A stretch of DNA of 64,000 nt from Octopus sinensis (lineage: Eukaryota): positions 72,540,001-72,604,000 of the forward strand of contig NC_043004.1 in assembly GCF_006345805.1 (NCBI RefSeq). Reading direction: 5' to 3'. The notes below the pieces were generated by a model. That model saw nothing but the letters and a program-made list of their open reading frames with translations. It searched no databases and was not told where the DNA came from. The position numbers and the translations under genes were made by a program. Of the stretch, positions 36,747-50,845 are shown one piece after another; the stretch's first letter is position 1, and every line of letters begins with the position of its first letter.

Positions 36747-37167
36747 GGGATCTTTTCGGTTTGAACGGCAGTTTTTTCTAGCGGTGTCATATGAAATTGT
36801 CACCCATACTTATGACCCTAGTATCGATCTATTGCATTTCAATCTCTTTTAGGGTTAGCGTTAGGGTGGGGGAAGGGTATCTTTTTTTCTTCAGAAATGT
36901 AAAATAAACCCAATCTGTTTCTTAAACGAGGGACATATTCATACGGCACAGAATGCTTTTTTAACTCAATAGACGTCATTGATTGGTTGAACTTACAGAA
37001 ATTGATGAAAACAAAACAAAACAACTATCTTACAAACTATAGAATTTTCTCAAGAAAGCCAAAAGAAAAAGATGTTTTATAAACACATTCTACCAGTATA
37101 CGCAGTTTAAAATTTTTTAGTTACGAGGAAATTATTTTAAAAAACTGCCGTTCAAACCGAAAAGTTC
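36747..37167. mobile_element. MITE with gggatcttttcggtttgaacggcag TIR, copy 1
   Basis: TIR is mirrored at 37138-37167 and flanked by tcgact on both sides. Confidence 0.8.
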
Positions 37168-37443
37168 CATCGACTGTTCTCTCTTTTTTCCCCCACTCCG
37201 GTTCTTATTGGCTTTCTCTCATAGTTCTTCACGTCTTTTAATTGGGTGGAGTGGGGGGGCAGAAGACCATGTTTTGTTTTCAGGCACGTTTAATGTTTCC
37301 TCTACAAACTTCAGACAAGCCCCACCTCCCTTCCTATTTCCTTCATACAAAAACTAATGCAAATTCCGAACGGGATATAGCTGTGAAAAGACCCAAAAAA
37401 GATGGGTAATATCCACTAAAAATACGTGTGTGGAGATGGCATA

Positions 37444-37981
37444 AGGCGGCGAGCTGGCAGAAACGTTAGCACACCGGGTGAAATGCTTAGCAGTATTTCG
37501 TCTGTCTATACGTTCTGAGTTCAAATTACGCCGAGGTCGACTTTGCCTTTGATCCTTTCGGGGTCGATAAATTAAGTACCAGTTACGCACTGGGATCGAT
37601 ATAATCAACTTAATCGATGTGTCTGTCCTTGTTTGTCCTCTCTGTGTTTAGCCCCTTGTAGATAGTAAAGAAATAGGGACATAGCTGTGAAAAGACCTCC
37701 AAAAGATAGGTAATATCCACTAAAAATAGATGGGATAGATGTTATAAGGCGGCGAGCTGGCAGAAACGTTAGCACGCCGGGCGAAATGCGTAGCCGTATT
37801 TCGTCTGCTGCTACGGTCTGAGTTCAAATTCCGCCGAGGTCGACTTTGCCTTTCATCCTTTCGAGGTCGATTAAATAAGTACCAGTTACGCACTGGGGTC
37901 AATATAATCAACTTAATCCTTTTGTCTGTCCTTGTTTGCCTGTCCCCTCTGTGTGTAGCCCCTTGTGGGTAGTAAAGAAAT
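37444..37981 (+). mobile_element. Two tandem tRNA-derived SINEs (37444-37676, 37748-37981)
   Basis: Head ggcggcgagctggcagaaacgttagca, B-box-like gagttcaaat, conserved central domain, tail gtagtaaagaaata. Confidence 0.9.
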
Positions 37982-38017
37982 AAAAATGGGTTGGGTAGAA
38001 ATGCTGCCAACAGATGG

Positions 38018-38476
38018 TTGATCTTTACGTTTTGAACGGCAGTTTTTTCTAGCCGTGTCATATGAAATTGTCACCCATAATTATGACCCTAGTATCGATC
38101 TATTGCATTTCAATCTCTTTTTAGGGGTAGGGTTAGTTAGGGTTAGGGTTAGTTAGGGTTAGGGTTAGGGTTAGCGTTAGGGGTGAGGGAAGGGTATCTT
38201 TTTCCTTCAGAAATGTAAATAAACCCTATCTGTTTCTTAAACGAGAGACATATTCATACGGCACAGCATGTTTTCACCTCAATAGACGTCATTGATTGGT
38301 TGAAATTGCAGAAATTGAAGAAAAAACAACAAATATCTTACAAACTATAGAGTTTTCTCCATAAAACCAGGAGAAAAAGATATTTTATAAACACATTCTA
38401 CCAGTATACGAAGTTTAAATGTGTTTAGTTACGTGGAAATTATTTTAAAAATCTGCCATCAAACCGAAAAGATCCC
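38018..38476. mobile_element. Same MITE family, copy 2, with internal (TTAGGG)n-like run
   Basis: Body matches 36747-37167. TTAGGG/TTAG repeats at 38123-38182. Confidence 0.8.
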
Positions 38477-38654
38477 AGATAGTTGCTCGAAACTCAACTC
38501 CATACTTAGGCGAGTGTCTTCTACTATAGCCTCAGGCCGACCAAAATCTCGTGAGTGAATTTGGGATACGGAAACTGATGAGAATGACAATGAATAAATT
38601 AAATTTTAAATTTCATTTTTAGTTTTATTCTTAATTTTAATTTTTTATTTTCAG

Positions 38655-39080
38655 TTATAACTGAATTAGCTTCGTTGACTGACAGGTGACGGTCGTTTAG
38701 AGAGCGTGTGGGCTGAGACTACGCGCCTTCATTGGTCAGTTAAAGTTGAGACAGCGTCACGTGACAATTTGCTGGGGCTGCCTGCTGGAGCCTAGCGGCA
38801 GGTATTTAAAGGGAGATATTTGACAAGTCAGTCAGTCGTCCGCTGACACTCACTGACGCTACACCGAAGAGGGCAGGGAACAGAAGAAAATAGAAGAAAG
38901 AAGACATGAACCCAACATCAGAGCTGGAGACATCTCCGAAAGGGGGGCGCCACGTCAAAACGGTAGAGGAGTAGGGGCCGAAACCGGACGTGGTTCCTCC
39001 TGATGATGTCTTGAGCTAACTGAATCCTATAAAGTAGCTGTTGTGGTAGCAGACCACGAAACACGGTTGTAATTCCTTCC
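38655..39080 (+). other. GC-richer LTR- or promoter-like segment, unclassified
   Basis: attgg (CCAAT reverse), cacgtg E-box and tatttaaa TATA-like motif in order, within AT-rich flanks. Confidence 0.3.
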
Positions 39081-39284
39081 TATAATCACTATGATTTCAT
39101 TTTTTCCTTATATTTTCACATAGTTTTTCGAAACGTACGTAAGTATTGAATCCAGTTTTATAATATAATCTATTTCTGTTTCAACAACTTTTCTCCATTT
39201 TCTTTTTACCCTTATTTATGGTATATTCTTATACCTCTTAATAGTGACTCGCTAAGAAACAAACAATGTTTTTGACTGAAATGT

Positions 39285-39290
39285 TTTATT
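39285..39290 (-). promoter_or_regulatory. Putative polyadenylation signal of the EGF-repeat gene
   Basis: AATAAA on the minus strand ~157 nt after the TAA stop, followed by a TTGTTTGTTTCTT GU/U-rich element. Confidence 0.5.
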
Positions 39291-39446
39291 TGAGTAATGA
39301 ATTGAAAAAAAATAGCCTGATAAAAATATAAAATTACAGTAATAGTCGATATTGATGTTGTTGTAGATGTTTAGATACCATATCTGCTGTGATTGAGGAG
39401 AACTGCTGAGAACAAAATGTAAGCATTCCATTTATGACCATCGCGT

Positions 39447-39676
39447 TTATTTTGTGGGTAACGTAGGAATAGTAGGAACTGGCAGTCTTACTCTTGGTAT
39501 GAATGATTTATGATCTGGGAGGGTAAAGTTCAGCTTCTCTCTTGGTATATTAAGGTTGCAAAAGTTCCCTTTAGCAGCGAACCCGAAGGGGCAATCACAA
39601 TAGTGGAACCCGGGTCTGTTGATACATCTGTAAGGGAAAGGGCATCCACCATTGTTGCACCTACATTCGTTGATGT
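39447..39676 (-). CDS. Probable terminal exon: calcium-binding EGF-like domain plus Pro-rich tail
   Basis: Acceptor ttaatttcag|AC ATC AAC GAA TGT (phase 1). Peptide DINECRCNNGGCPFPYRCINRPGFHYCDCPFGFAAKGNFCNLNIPREKLNFTLPDHKSFIPRVRLPVPTIPTLPTK*. An alternative internal donor GTAAGA near 39490 cannot be excluded. Confidence 0.85.
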
Positions 39677-39720
39677 CTGAAATTAAGGAGAAATTAAATA
39701 AATAAAAGTAATATATATAA

Positions 39721-40227
39721 ATTAAATTAGAGATAAAACCACTATTAGGCAACTCAAACAGTGCTAGACATAAACCAAAACATAAAAAACAAACGATAAA
39801 TATAATTAATATAATATACAAAATATATATAAAATATAAAATTTAAATTATTAAATTTTAAAATTTATATTTACTTATTATATTATATTAAACTTTTTAA
39901 TACTTTTTGGTTAGTTTAAAATAATTTTTTTTTATTTTAAAGTTTAAAAATTTATAAATTTTAAATTTAAAATACAAAAATCAAAAATTCATAAATATAA
40001 AATTAAAAATTTAAAATTTCAATAATTTAAATTTTTTATTTTATATTTGATATATATATATTGTATATTATATCAATTATATTTATTTTTTTGTTTTTTT
40101 ATGTTTTGGTTTATGTCTATCACTGTTTGAGTTGCCTAATAGTGGTTTTTATCTCTAATTCAATTTATACTGTGAAATTTGATTTAATCCTAAATTAAGT
40201 TTTCCCTGTAAGTTTGGATATACTCCC

Positions 40228-40235
<8 letters not shown>
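39721..40235. mobile_element. Fold-back MITE family 1 (aattagagataaaaccactattaggcaac TIR); further copies at 40984-41420 and 42930-43405
   Basis: ~70-bp arms mirrored around an AT-rich core. Confidence 0.8.
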
Positions 40236-40285
<50 letters not shown>

Positions 40286-40288
40286 TAA

Positions 40289-40596
40289 AATTTAGAGGAC
40301 TGACCACTAAAAGTGGACAGCCTATATGCTAAACATAGACGTTAAATCTCCATTTACCACGAAGAATGTGTTCTCAAGAAAAATCTCAGCAAAAAACCAA
40401 AGTGTAAAAATAAGCAAAATATGAAAATATACGAAATAAAAAACGTTTAATCGTTTTTATGTGTCTTGCTTATTTTTACACTTTGGTTTTTTGCTCAGAT
40501 TTTTCTTGAGAACACATTCTTCGTGGTAAATGGAGATTTGACGTCTATGTTTAGCATATAGGCTGTCCACTTTTAGTGGTCAGTTCTCTAAATTTT
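40289..40596. mobile_element. Fold-back MITE family 2 (~130-bp arms)
   Basis: aaatttagaggactgaccactaaaagtggacagcc...taaaaataagca is mirrored by tgcttattttta...ggtcagttctctaaattt. Confidence 0.85.
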
Positions 40597-40908
40597 GTAT
40601 GTTACACAATTTTTAATCTTCGGATTTTTCAAAATATGCTAAAACACTGGTTTTAATTTATCAATATCCATTTCTACCCTTATATATATATATTACCGTG
40701 CGTTGACAAGAGGCAAATACACTGAGACTGCAGTCCGTGCGTGTCACTTAGGTTTACGAGAGAGGGATGACTTCTCTTTTCAAATACCATTAGGGCACAG
40801 ATAGTGTGCCTAAAGCCAGCTGGAGACGATGATCTCCTGGGGCTAAAAGCTACAGTAACACCCACCCTTAGTGGTTAGCCATATTGAGATGGCTATTATA
40901 CTTTACGT

Positions 40909-40977
<69 letters not shown>

Positions 40978-41059
40978 AAATATGAATTAGCGATAAACCA
41001 CTATTAGGCAACACAAACAGTGATAGACATAAACCAATATATAAATAACAAAAAATACA

Positions 41060-41118
<59 letters not shown>

Positions 41119-41418
41119 AAATTTAAATTTTTATATTTTTTATATTTTTCAATTTTTCAATTTAATTTTTTTTTTTTAACCGAAAAGTATAAAGAAAAAG
41201 ATAAACATAATATAATAAGTAAAATATATTTTTTATATATATTATATATTATATTAATTATACTTATATTTTTTGTTATTTATGTATTGGTGTATGTCCA
41301 TCACTGCTTGAGTTGCCTAATAGTGGTTTTATCTCTAATTTAATTTATATTTATACTGTGAAATTTGATTTAATCCTAAATCTAATTTTTCCCTGTAAGT
41401 CTGGATATACTCCCTAAA

Positions 41419-41481
<63 letters not shown>

Positions 41482-41547
41482 TATGGGTTTTTCTTCTTTC
41501 AAATTTGCTTCCATTTCTTGCCGAGTGTCTTCCCCACTCTTATTCCT

Positions 41548-41637
<90 letters not shown>

Positions 41638-41818
41638 GAGTGAGAGAGCAGTTCATGCCATCAAAGTGACACTGGGGTAAAATATACGAAGCCCAATATA
41701 CCCATCATGACTACCCGTCTGATAAAGGTACACCAGGCACATGCATCACAACCATATGTGCGCGACATGGTGATCTCATATCAAGATAAACAGCACATGA
41801 CCTTGCAGGTGGGCCCAG

Positions 41819-41864
<46 letters not shown>

Positions 41865-41884
41865 TATTATTATTATTATTATTG

Positions 41885-41932
<48 letters not shown>

Positions 41933-41953
41933 TATTATTATTATTATATTATA

Positions 41954-42003
<50 letters not shown>

Positions 42004-42852
42004 GAAATATGTTACGAAAAAAAATATAAAATACACGTGGAAATGTAAGGGTAAAATATGAAAATTCAACGAAAATGCATATTGCAAATAGAAAAAAGGC
42101 TATTTATGACAGGTAGCGACAAATATATACATTTAGATTGACTGAGGTAGTAATACGAGTCATGAAGGTCATTATTATGAGATGATAATAAAGTAAGAGA
42201 ACAAAACGAACATGTTGCCGCGTGTCTAACTACCGACAATTCTCCGCAGTGAATATTTGAAATCTTGTTACACAACCGAACAAATTATCCGGCAAGCTCA
42301 AAACCGGAAGTGTCCCGGACTTTTGGATTTTCCGGTTTTTTGGGGACAGCTGTATGAAAATTAACCAACTTCAAAAGCAAGGTTCTGTGTACTCAATACC
42401 GGATACCATATATTACTTAGTAGTGCCCAGTATTCCGGTTGGAACGTGAGAAGGATTTGCTAACTCTGTGCAATAAGGTTAACAATCACAATGAAGGGTC
42501 TTACCTGAAAAATAGAAGTGAAGACTTTTTAATCTTGACACAATCAATACAAACATAGAATAATCTCACTGGTTTGGTTTAGAATATATAAACAGATAAA
42601 ACAATATATACCAACCTGGGAAACGGCGACTCTGTATTTATTCTAAACCAAACCAGTAAGCTTATTCTATGCTTGCATTCATTGTGTCAAGATTAAAAAG
42701 CCATCACTTCTATTTTTCAGGTAGGTCCCTTCACTGTGGTTGTTAACCTTATTGCACAGAGTTAGCAAATCCTTCTCACGTTCTCACGTTCCACGTGTAT
42801 TTTATATTTTCTTTTCGTAACATATTTCTACTATATATATATATAATAATAA

Positions 42853-42883
<31 letters not shown>

Positions 42884-42901
42884 AATAATATAATAATAAT
42901 A

Positions 42902-42933
<32 letters not shown>

Positions 42934-43248
42934 GGGAGTATATCCAAACTTACAGGGAAAAATTAGATTTAGGATTAAATCAAATTTCACAGTATAAATA
43001 TAAATTGAATTAGAGATAAAACCACTATTAGGCAACTCAAGCAGTGATGGACATACACCAATACATAAATAACAAAAAATATAAATATAATTAATATAAT
43101 ATATAATATATATATAAAAAATATAAATTTTACTTATTATATTATATTTATCTTTTTTTATACTTTGTGGTTAATAAAAAAAATTGAAATTTAAAAATTG
43201 AAAGATATTGAAAATATTACAATTTAAAAATTTTAATTTTAAATTTTA

Positions 43249-43325
<77 letters not shown>

Positions 43326-43607
43326 TGTATTTTTTGTTATTTATATATTGGTTTATGTCTATCACTGTTTGAGTTGCTTAATAGTGGTTTTATCTCTAAT
43401 TCATATTATATATATATGTATATATATATAATATTGATATTGATAAATTAAAACCAGTGTTTTAGCATATTTTAAAAAATCCGAAGATTAAAAATTGTGT
43501 AACATACAAAATTTAGAGGACTGACTCCTAAAAGTGGACAGCCTATATGCTAAACATAGACGTCAGATCGCCATTTACCACGAAGAATGTGTTCTCAAAA
43601 AAAATCT
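40497..43607. repeat. ~3.1-kb imperfect nested palindrome in the last intron
   Basis: Outer arms 40497-42042 and 42789-43607; inner arms 42441-42586 and 42639-42792. Confidence 0.85.
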
Positions 43608-43919
43608 AAGTTTGTACTTCTCCAGCAGTCTCAACTTGTGGTATTTTGCAGTGGTTTCAATCAGTAACTATACATAACTTGCCAATGTTGTGGTGATACG
43701 GCTTTCTGCATATTACTTGATGAATAAGGAAAAGTTTAGTAAAATGCCCAAACCTGACGCATAGAGAGGCGGCTCATGCAAACAGTAAATGCGATGTAGA
43801 AATAGTCGGGTATGAGATGGAAGTGAACACAAAATAAGATCAGATTGGAGCGTTGAATGTAGAGAAATAAATGAGTATAATAGAAAGCCCATTCAAGATT
43901 AGGTTACATAAACGTATGT

Positions 43920-44226
43920 TTAGTTGTTTGTTCCTTCTCGAGCCATGCGTGGCTCATAAGGGCCGGTTTCCCGGTTTCCTTGGCGTATAGGTTCCCCACC
44001 TGGATGGGACGCCGGTCCGTCACAGGTGAGCTGCAAGATGCAGGAGGAAAGAGTGGGAGAAAGTTGTAGCGAAAGAGTCAGCAGAAGGTTCGCCATTACC
44101 TTCTGCCGGAGTCGCGTGGAGCTTCGGTGTTTCGCTCATAAATACACACATCGTCCGGTCAGAGATTCGAACCCGCGATCCCTCGAACGTGAGTCCGCTG
44201 CTCTAACCACTAGACCATGTGCCTCC
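43920..44226 (-). mobile_element. Full-length tRNA-derived SINE with 14-bp target-site duplication
   Basis: Head gtggaggcacatggtctagtggttagagcagcggactc...gggttcgaatc (A and B boxes). TSD acataaacgtatgt at 43906-43919 and 44227-44240. Confidence 0.92.
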
Positions 44227-44435
44227 ACATAAACGTATGTCAGGAGGGAGAGATAATGGGGTTCAGGTTGAGGATATAGTGGATAACAACAGTGTTGAAA
44301 TGGAGATAATCTAGTGGCGATGAGTTGTTTGTTAGAGACGGGGAATAAGTGAACCGAAGAATATGATGAAGGAAAAGTTAAGGGATAATAAGGCAGAGAC
44401 TGTTCTGGAACGGGTAGAAAAGACAGTGTGTGCGC

Positions 44436-44555
44436 GCTTACAGCCATATCACGTTGAAAACACCGGTTCTCGCCTGATCACCGAAGTTAAGCAATGTCGA
44501 CCCTAGTAAGTGCTTAGAAGTGACCGCTTGGGAAACCTAGGTACTGTAAGCATTT
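44436..44555 (+). pseudogene. 5S rRNA pseudogene, full length, diverged
   Basis: gcttacagccatatcacgttgaaaacaccggttctcgcctgatcaccgaagttaagcaa...gtgaccgcttgggaaacctaggtactgtaagcattt. Single copy with mutations and a small deletion near the C box. Confidence 0.9.
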
Positions 44556-44671
44556 AAAAAGAGAATTTTTTAACGACAATGTGTGCGTGCGTGTCTTTGA
44601 CGTGCGTGCGTGCGTGTGTGCGGGTATTTTTGTCTGCGAAATAACATTCTTCAATGAAATGATGAACTTAC

Positions 44672-44788
44672 CCACGCAGAAACGATTCCTAAATATTACA
44701 TAACCCTTTCTACAGCTGCAAATGTAGGATCCCGGAGTATTGGCACATATATGTTCACAGCGTCCTCTATATTTACACTCGTTGATAT
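44672..44788 (-). CDS. Calcium-binding EGF exon, 117 bp, phase 1-1 (not in ORF track)
   Basis: Acceptor tttatttaacag| and donor G|GTAAGT. Peptide DINECKYRGRCEHICANTPGSYICSCRKGYVIFRNRFCV. Confidence 0.92.
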
Positions 44789-45015
44789 CTGTTAAATAAA
44801 TAAATGTTTGTGAATGAGACTCAAAGTCAGCAGTTTACAACTATATGTCTTGATCTATAACATATCCACAATGACACAATTCCCTGCATACAATTAACTA
44901 CAGCATATCCTGATGCATAACAGGTTCACACTGTCGCATTTAGCAACAGACAATTCAATATTATATGCCTGGTGTAGAGTAGGATCTTCTGTTTAATCAA
45001 ACTCGTGGTGTATAA

Positions 45016-45588
45016 GGCGGCGAGCTAGCAGAACCGTTAGCACGCCGGGAGAAATGCTTAGCAGTATTTCGTCTGCCGTTACGTTCTGAGTTCAAATTCC
45101 GCCGAGGTCGACTTTGCCTTTCATCCTTTTGGGGTCGATAAATAAAGTATCAGTTTCACACTGGGGTCGATATAATCAACTTAATCAACTTAATCCGTTT
45201 GTCTGTCCTTGTTTGTCCCCTCTATGTTTAGCTCCTTGTGGGTAGTAAAGAAATAGGCATTTCGTCTGACGTTACATTGTGAGTTCAAATTCCACCGAGG
45301 TCGACTTTGCCTTTCATCCTTTCGGGGTCGATTAAATAAGTACCTGTTACGCACTGGGGTCGATATAATAGACTTAATCATTTTGTCTGTCCTTGTTTGT
45401 CCTCTCTGTGTTTCGTCTGCCGTTACGTTCTGAGATCAAATTCCAACCAGGTCGACTTTGCCTTTCATCCTTTCGGGGTCGATAAATTAAGTACCAGTTA
45501 GGCACTGGGGTCGATGTAATCGACTTAATCCGTTTGTCTGTTCTTGTTTGTCTCCTCTATGTTTAGCCCCTTGTGGGCAATAAAGAAA
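45016..45588 (+). mobile_element. tRNA-derived SINE with tandem re-iterated 3' halves (three units)
   Basis: Same family as 37444. Other copies at 53745-53912, 58545-58712 and 63445-63690 (-). Confidence 0.88.
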
Positions 45589-45782
45589 CAACAAACTTAT
45601 GGTGTATTTGAAATAACAGATCTGGGCATCACATTAGTTCGGTTGAATATACAAACCTTAGACCTGCTGGATCACTACATACCTAGGGTTAAATAACCAT
45701 CAGAAACTGTGTGAAAAAATCAATGTAGGTTTGAAAGACTTTACTTTTGTTATTTTTGTTAAGGTTTTAGTGTTTTACTTAC

Positions 45783-45899
45783 CAACACATTGATTCTTTA
45801 CATATCGGTAACCTCGTTTACATATACAACGATAGGACCCGAGGGCGTTGCGACATGTGGCCCCAGAACGACAAGGTTTGCGTAAACATTCGTTAATAT
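45783..45899 (-). CDS. Calcium-binding EGF exon, 117 bp, phase 1-1
   Basis: Acceptor ttttttcaaaattcag| and donor G|GTAAGT. Peptide DINECLRKPCRSGATCRNALGSYRCICKRGYRYVKNQCV. Confidence 0.93.
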
Positions 45900-46914
45900 C
45901 TGAATTTTGAAAAAAAGAAAGAAATATTATACATATAAATATGGAACTGATATTATTTGTGTTATTACTGCTTTTGTTGTTGCTATTGGTGTTGTTATCC
46001 ACTATATCAGTGCTTTTCAATCTTTTTGCTCGAGCGGAACCCCAAGGAAACATTCCACTGGCTCGAGGAACCCCTGTGCAATAATTTAATAGTCTTATGC
46101 ACACGTATCTGCACAGAATTAAAAATTACTGCCGATTTTAGCAGTTTTGTAACTTCTTGCGGAACCCCTAGACTGCACTGGCGGAACCCTGGTTGAAAAC
46201 CACTGCACTATATCCTCAAAACTAGCCCTTTTCTGCGGCTGTCTCCTAATCTTCCTACCTTCTCTCCTGATCATCCCTTAACTTTTCCTTCATCATATTC
46301 TTCGCTTCACTTATTCCCCGTCTCTAAACGTCTCTTGTTCTCTTGTACACACCCTTACAACCTTCAATCTCCCTATTTTCCCCATTCTCTTTTCTCTCAC
46401 TCGCACATTAAGGGTCGGCACGAACAAACAACTAACTCATCGCCACTAATTTATCTCCATTTCAAGACCCACTCGATCGTTTCCACTCTATTCTAAAATA
46501 CAGGTAGCCATATTTCTCCCTTACAAGCAGAATCCTATTATTTTCTGGCCCCTTTCGTTCATACTGAAATCCCTCATCTTCTCTTATAAAGCTGCCATCT
46601 GCTCCCTTCCTTTCTATTTGTCAAGTAAGCTGCGGCCTCACTAATGCTGATGAACGAAAGAGCACCCAATACACCCTGTTAAGTGGTTGGCGCTGGAAGA
46701 AAATCTAGACAAAAACTCTAGCAATGAAAACAATGAAGTACGATGCAGTCGAGAGAGACCCGAGAGAGCATTCCTAACCGCCCAACCGATGCCTGCATGG
46801 AACATGGATATAAATTGCTATTAATATATATTTTCTTCGAAATCGGCTACATGAAATGTGCCTGTATATGTATGCATGTATGTATGTATGTATCTAGGTA
46901 TTTAGGCTCAAAAA

Positions 46915-47300
46915 GCAAAAAGCAAGGCCATGTAGGGGGACATGGAGTTATGTACAGGGTGGTGTTCATGTAAAGAGTTCAGGCCACTTGTGGTCAAGGG
47001 AGACTTTGAACCGAGTGGTCGTCGGCATCTTCACTATCTCGTCCGGCAGCTTATTCCACGGATCCGCAACCCGGACGGAGAAAGCCCCTCTCCTTCGATT
47101 GAGATGAAATCGTCGCAAATAGAGCTTTTCGGAGTGACCCCGCAGCCGACGCTCTGGAGCAGGAGTGAAGAACCGCTCTTTCGAGAGGTTACACTTTCCG
47201 CTTATGATGTTGTGAGCAAGAATGAGATCACCACGGCGTCGTCGTTTTTCTAGAGAATAAATGTCGAGCGTCTTCAACCTTTCTTCATAAGACAAATGCT
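46915..47300 (-). mobile_element. CR1-like LINE 3' fragment; related copies at 52615-53480 and 57420-58270
   Basis: LKHLSYEERLKTLDIYSLEKRRRRGDLI...AFSVRVADPWNKLP. Confidence 0.9.
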
Positions 47301-47560
47301 TGAGACCAAGCATACTAATCATATCTGTCGGGCATCTGGAAGAGAGTGTAATTCGGCAGGAGGACTTAAACGACACGCAAACGTACATAAAGTTCAGTTA
47401 CAACTACAGCCGGCTATTACCAGTAAAGGTCTTAGTTGCCAATTTTGTAAAAGACATTGTAGATCTTTAGTTGGGTTAAGTCACATTCGATCACAGCACC
47501 AATAACAATTAAGCTTCGTGCAATGGCCATACTCGATAACGAGGGGGCAGCCATAATGTA
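47300..47560 (+). mobile_element. RTE-clade LINE 3' end
   Basis: C-terminal C2H2-like motifs (CRASGREC...GLKRH; CQFCKRHC...LSH), short 3' UTR and TATG-like tail. Confidence 0.7.
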
Positions 47561-47714
47561 TGTAGGGAGGTAGGGAGGTATGTGTGCATGAGTATGTGTC
47601 TTTGTATATATGTATATTATATTTGTACATATGTATGCATGCATGTATGTATACATGTTCGTATGTATGTACGTATGTATGAATGTATGTATGTATGCTA
47701 GCAAAATAATAATA

Positions 47715-50003
<2,289 letters not shown>

Positions 50004-50536
50004 GTGTGAGAGAGCAGTGCATGCCATCAAAGTGCCACTGGGGTAAAATAATCGAAGCCCAGTATACCCATCATGACTACCCATCTGATAAGGGTACACA
50101 AGGCACATGCATCACAACCATATGTACGTGACATGGTGATCTCATATCAAGATAAACAGCACATGACCTTGCAGGTGGAACCCAGTTAGAATTTTCTTCT
50201 GGTCAAGTAACCCATCCCGCTCAAAAGATCACTGAATAAGGATTACTTAAGGATGTTGAACGAAACCATTCATGTTTCCAGAATCCCTCTTAACACATGG
50301 CTATGAAGCTCCCCCACTACTCCTGCTCATGATCAGAAATGCATCTATCGTCAGCCATTAAGGGACATGCTCAACTGGTTATGGTCAAACAACTGACAAG
50401 CAAATCTGTGGTATTGAGCAGAATATTTGCATACAAGCCCATCTTTTATACCAACACAAAACTATGTACATGATAACACTTCCAATCAGTTAAGATCAGA
50501 AACCACGATAGCCACTGCCTTGTACCGCATCAGGGC

Positions 50537-50591
<55 letters not shown>

Positions 50592-50617
50592 GTTATTATT
50601 ATTATCATCATCATCAT

Positions 50618-50648
<31 letters not shown>

Positions 50649-50807
50649 GTCATCATCATCATTATTATTCTCATTATTATGACAGCGCCATGCTGGCAAA
50701 ATAATTAGAACGCCGGGCGAAGTGCTTCGCGTTATTTTGTCTGCCGCTGCTTTCTGTGTTCATTATTATTATTATTGTTATTATTGTTATTATTATTATT
50801 ATTATTA

Positions 50808-50845
<38 letters not shown>

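Noticed and set aside
38123-38182. True telomere or chromosome-fusion scar
   Set aside because: Short, degenerate and internal to a MITE present twice in the window.
38960-39080. CTGATGA and two GAAAC motifs suggesting a hammerhead
   Set aside because: No arrangement gave helices I, II and III simultaneously in a valid order.
42500-42725. ttttcag|gtagg splice-like signals suggesting a micro-exon
   Set aside because: They are part of the inverted repeat arms, with no EGF-like or open coding context.
43920-44226. Functional tRNA gene
   Set aside because: The tRNA-like head continues into a SINE body with a TSD and lacks a complete acceptor stem.
46640-46670. CTGATGA-AC-GAAA
   Set aside because: No room for helix II and no helix I/III pairing; it lies in a SINE remnant.
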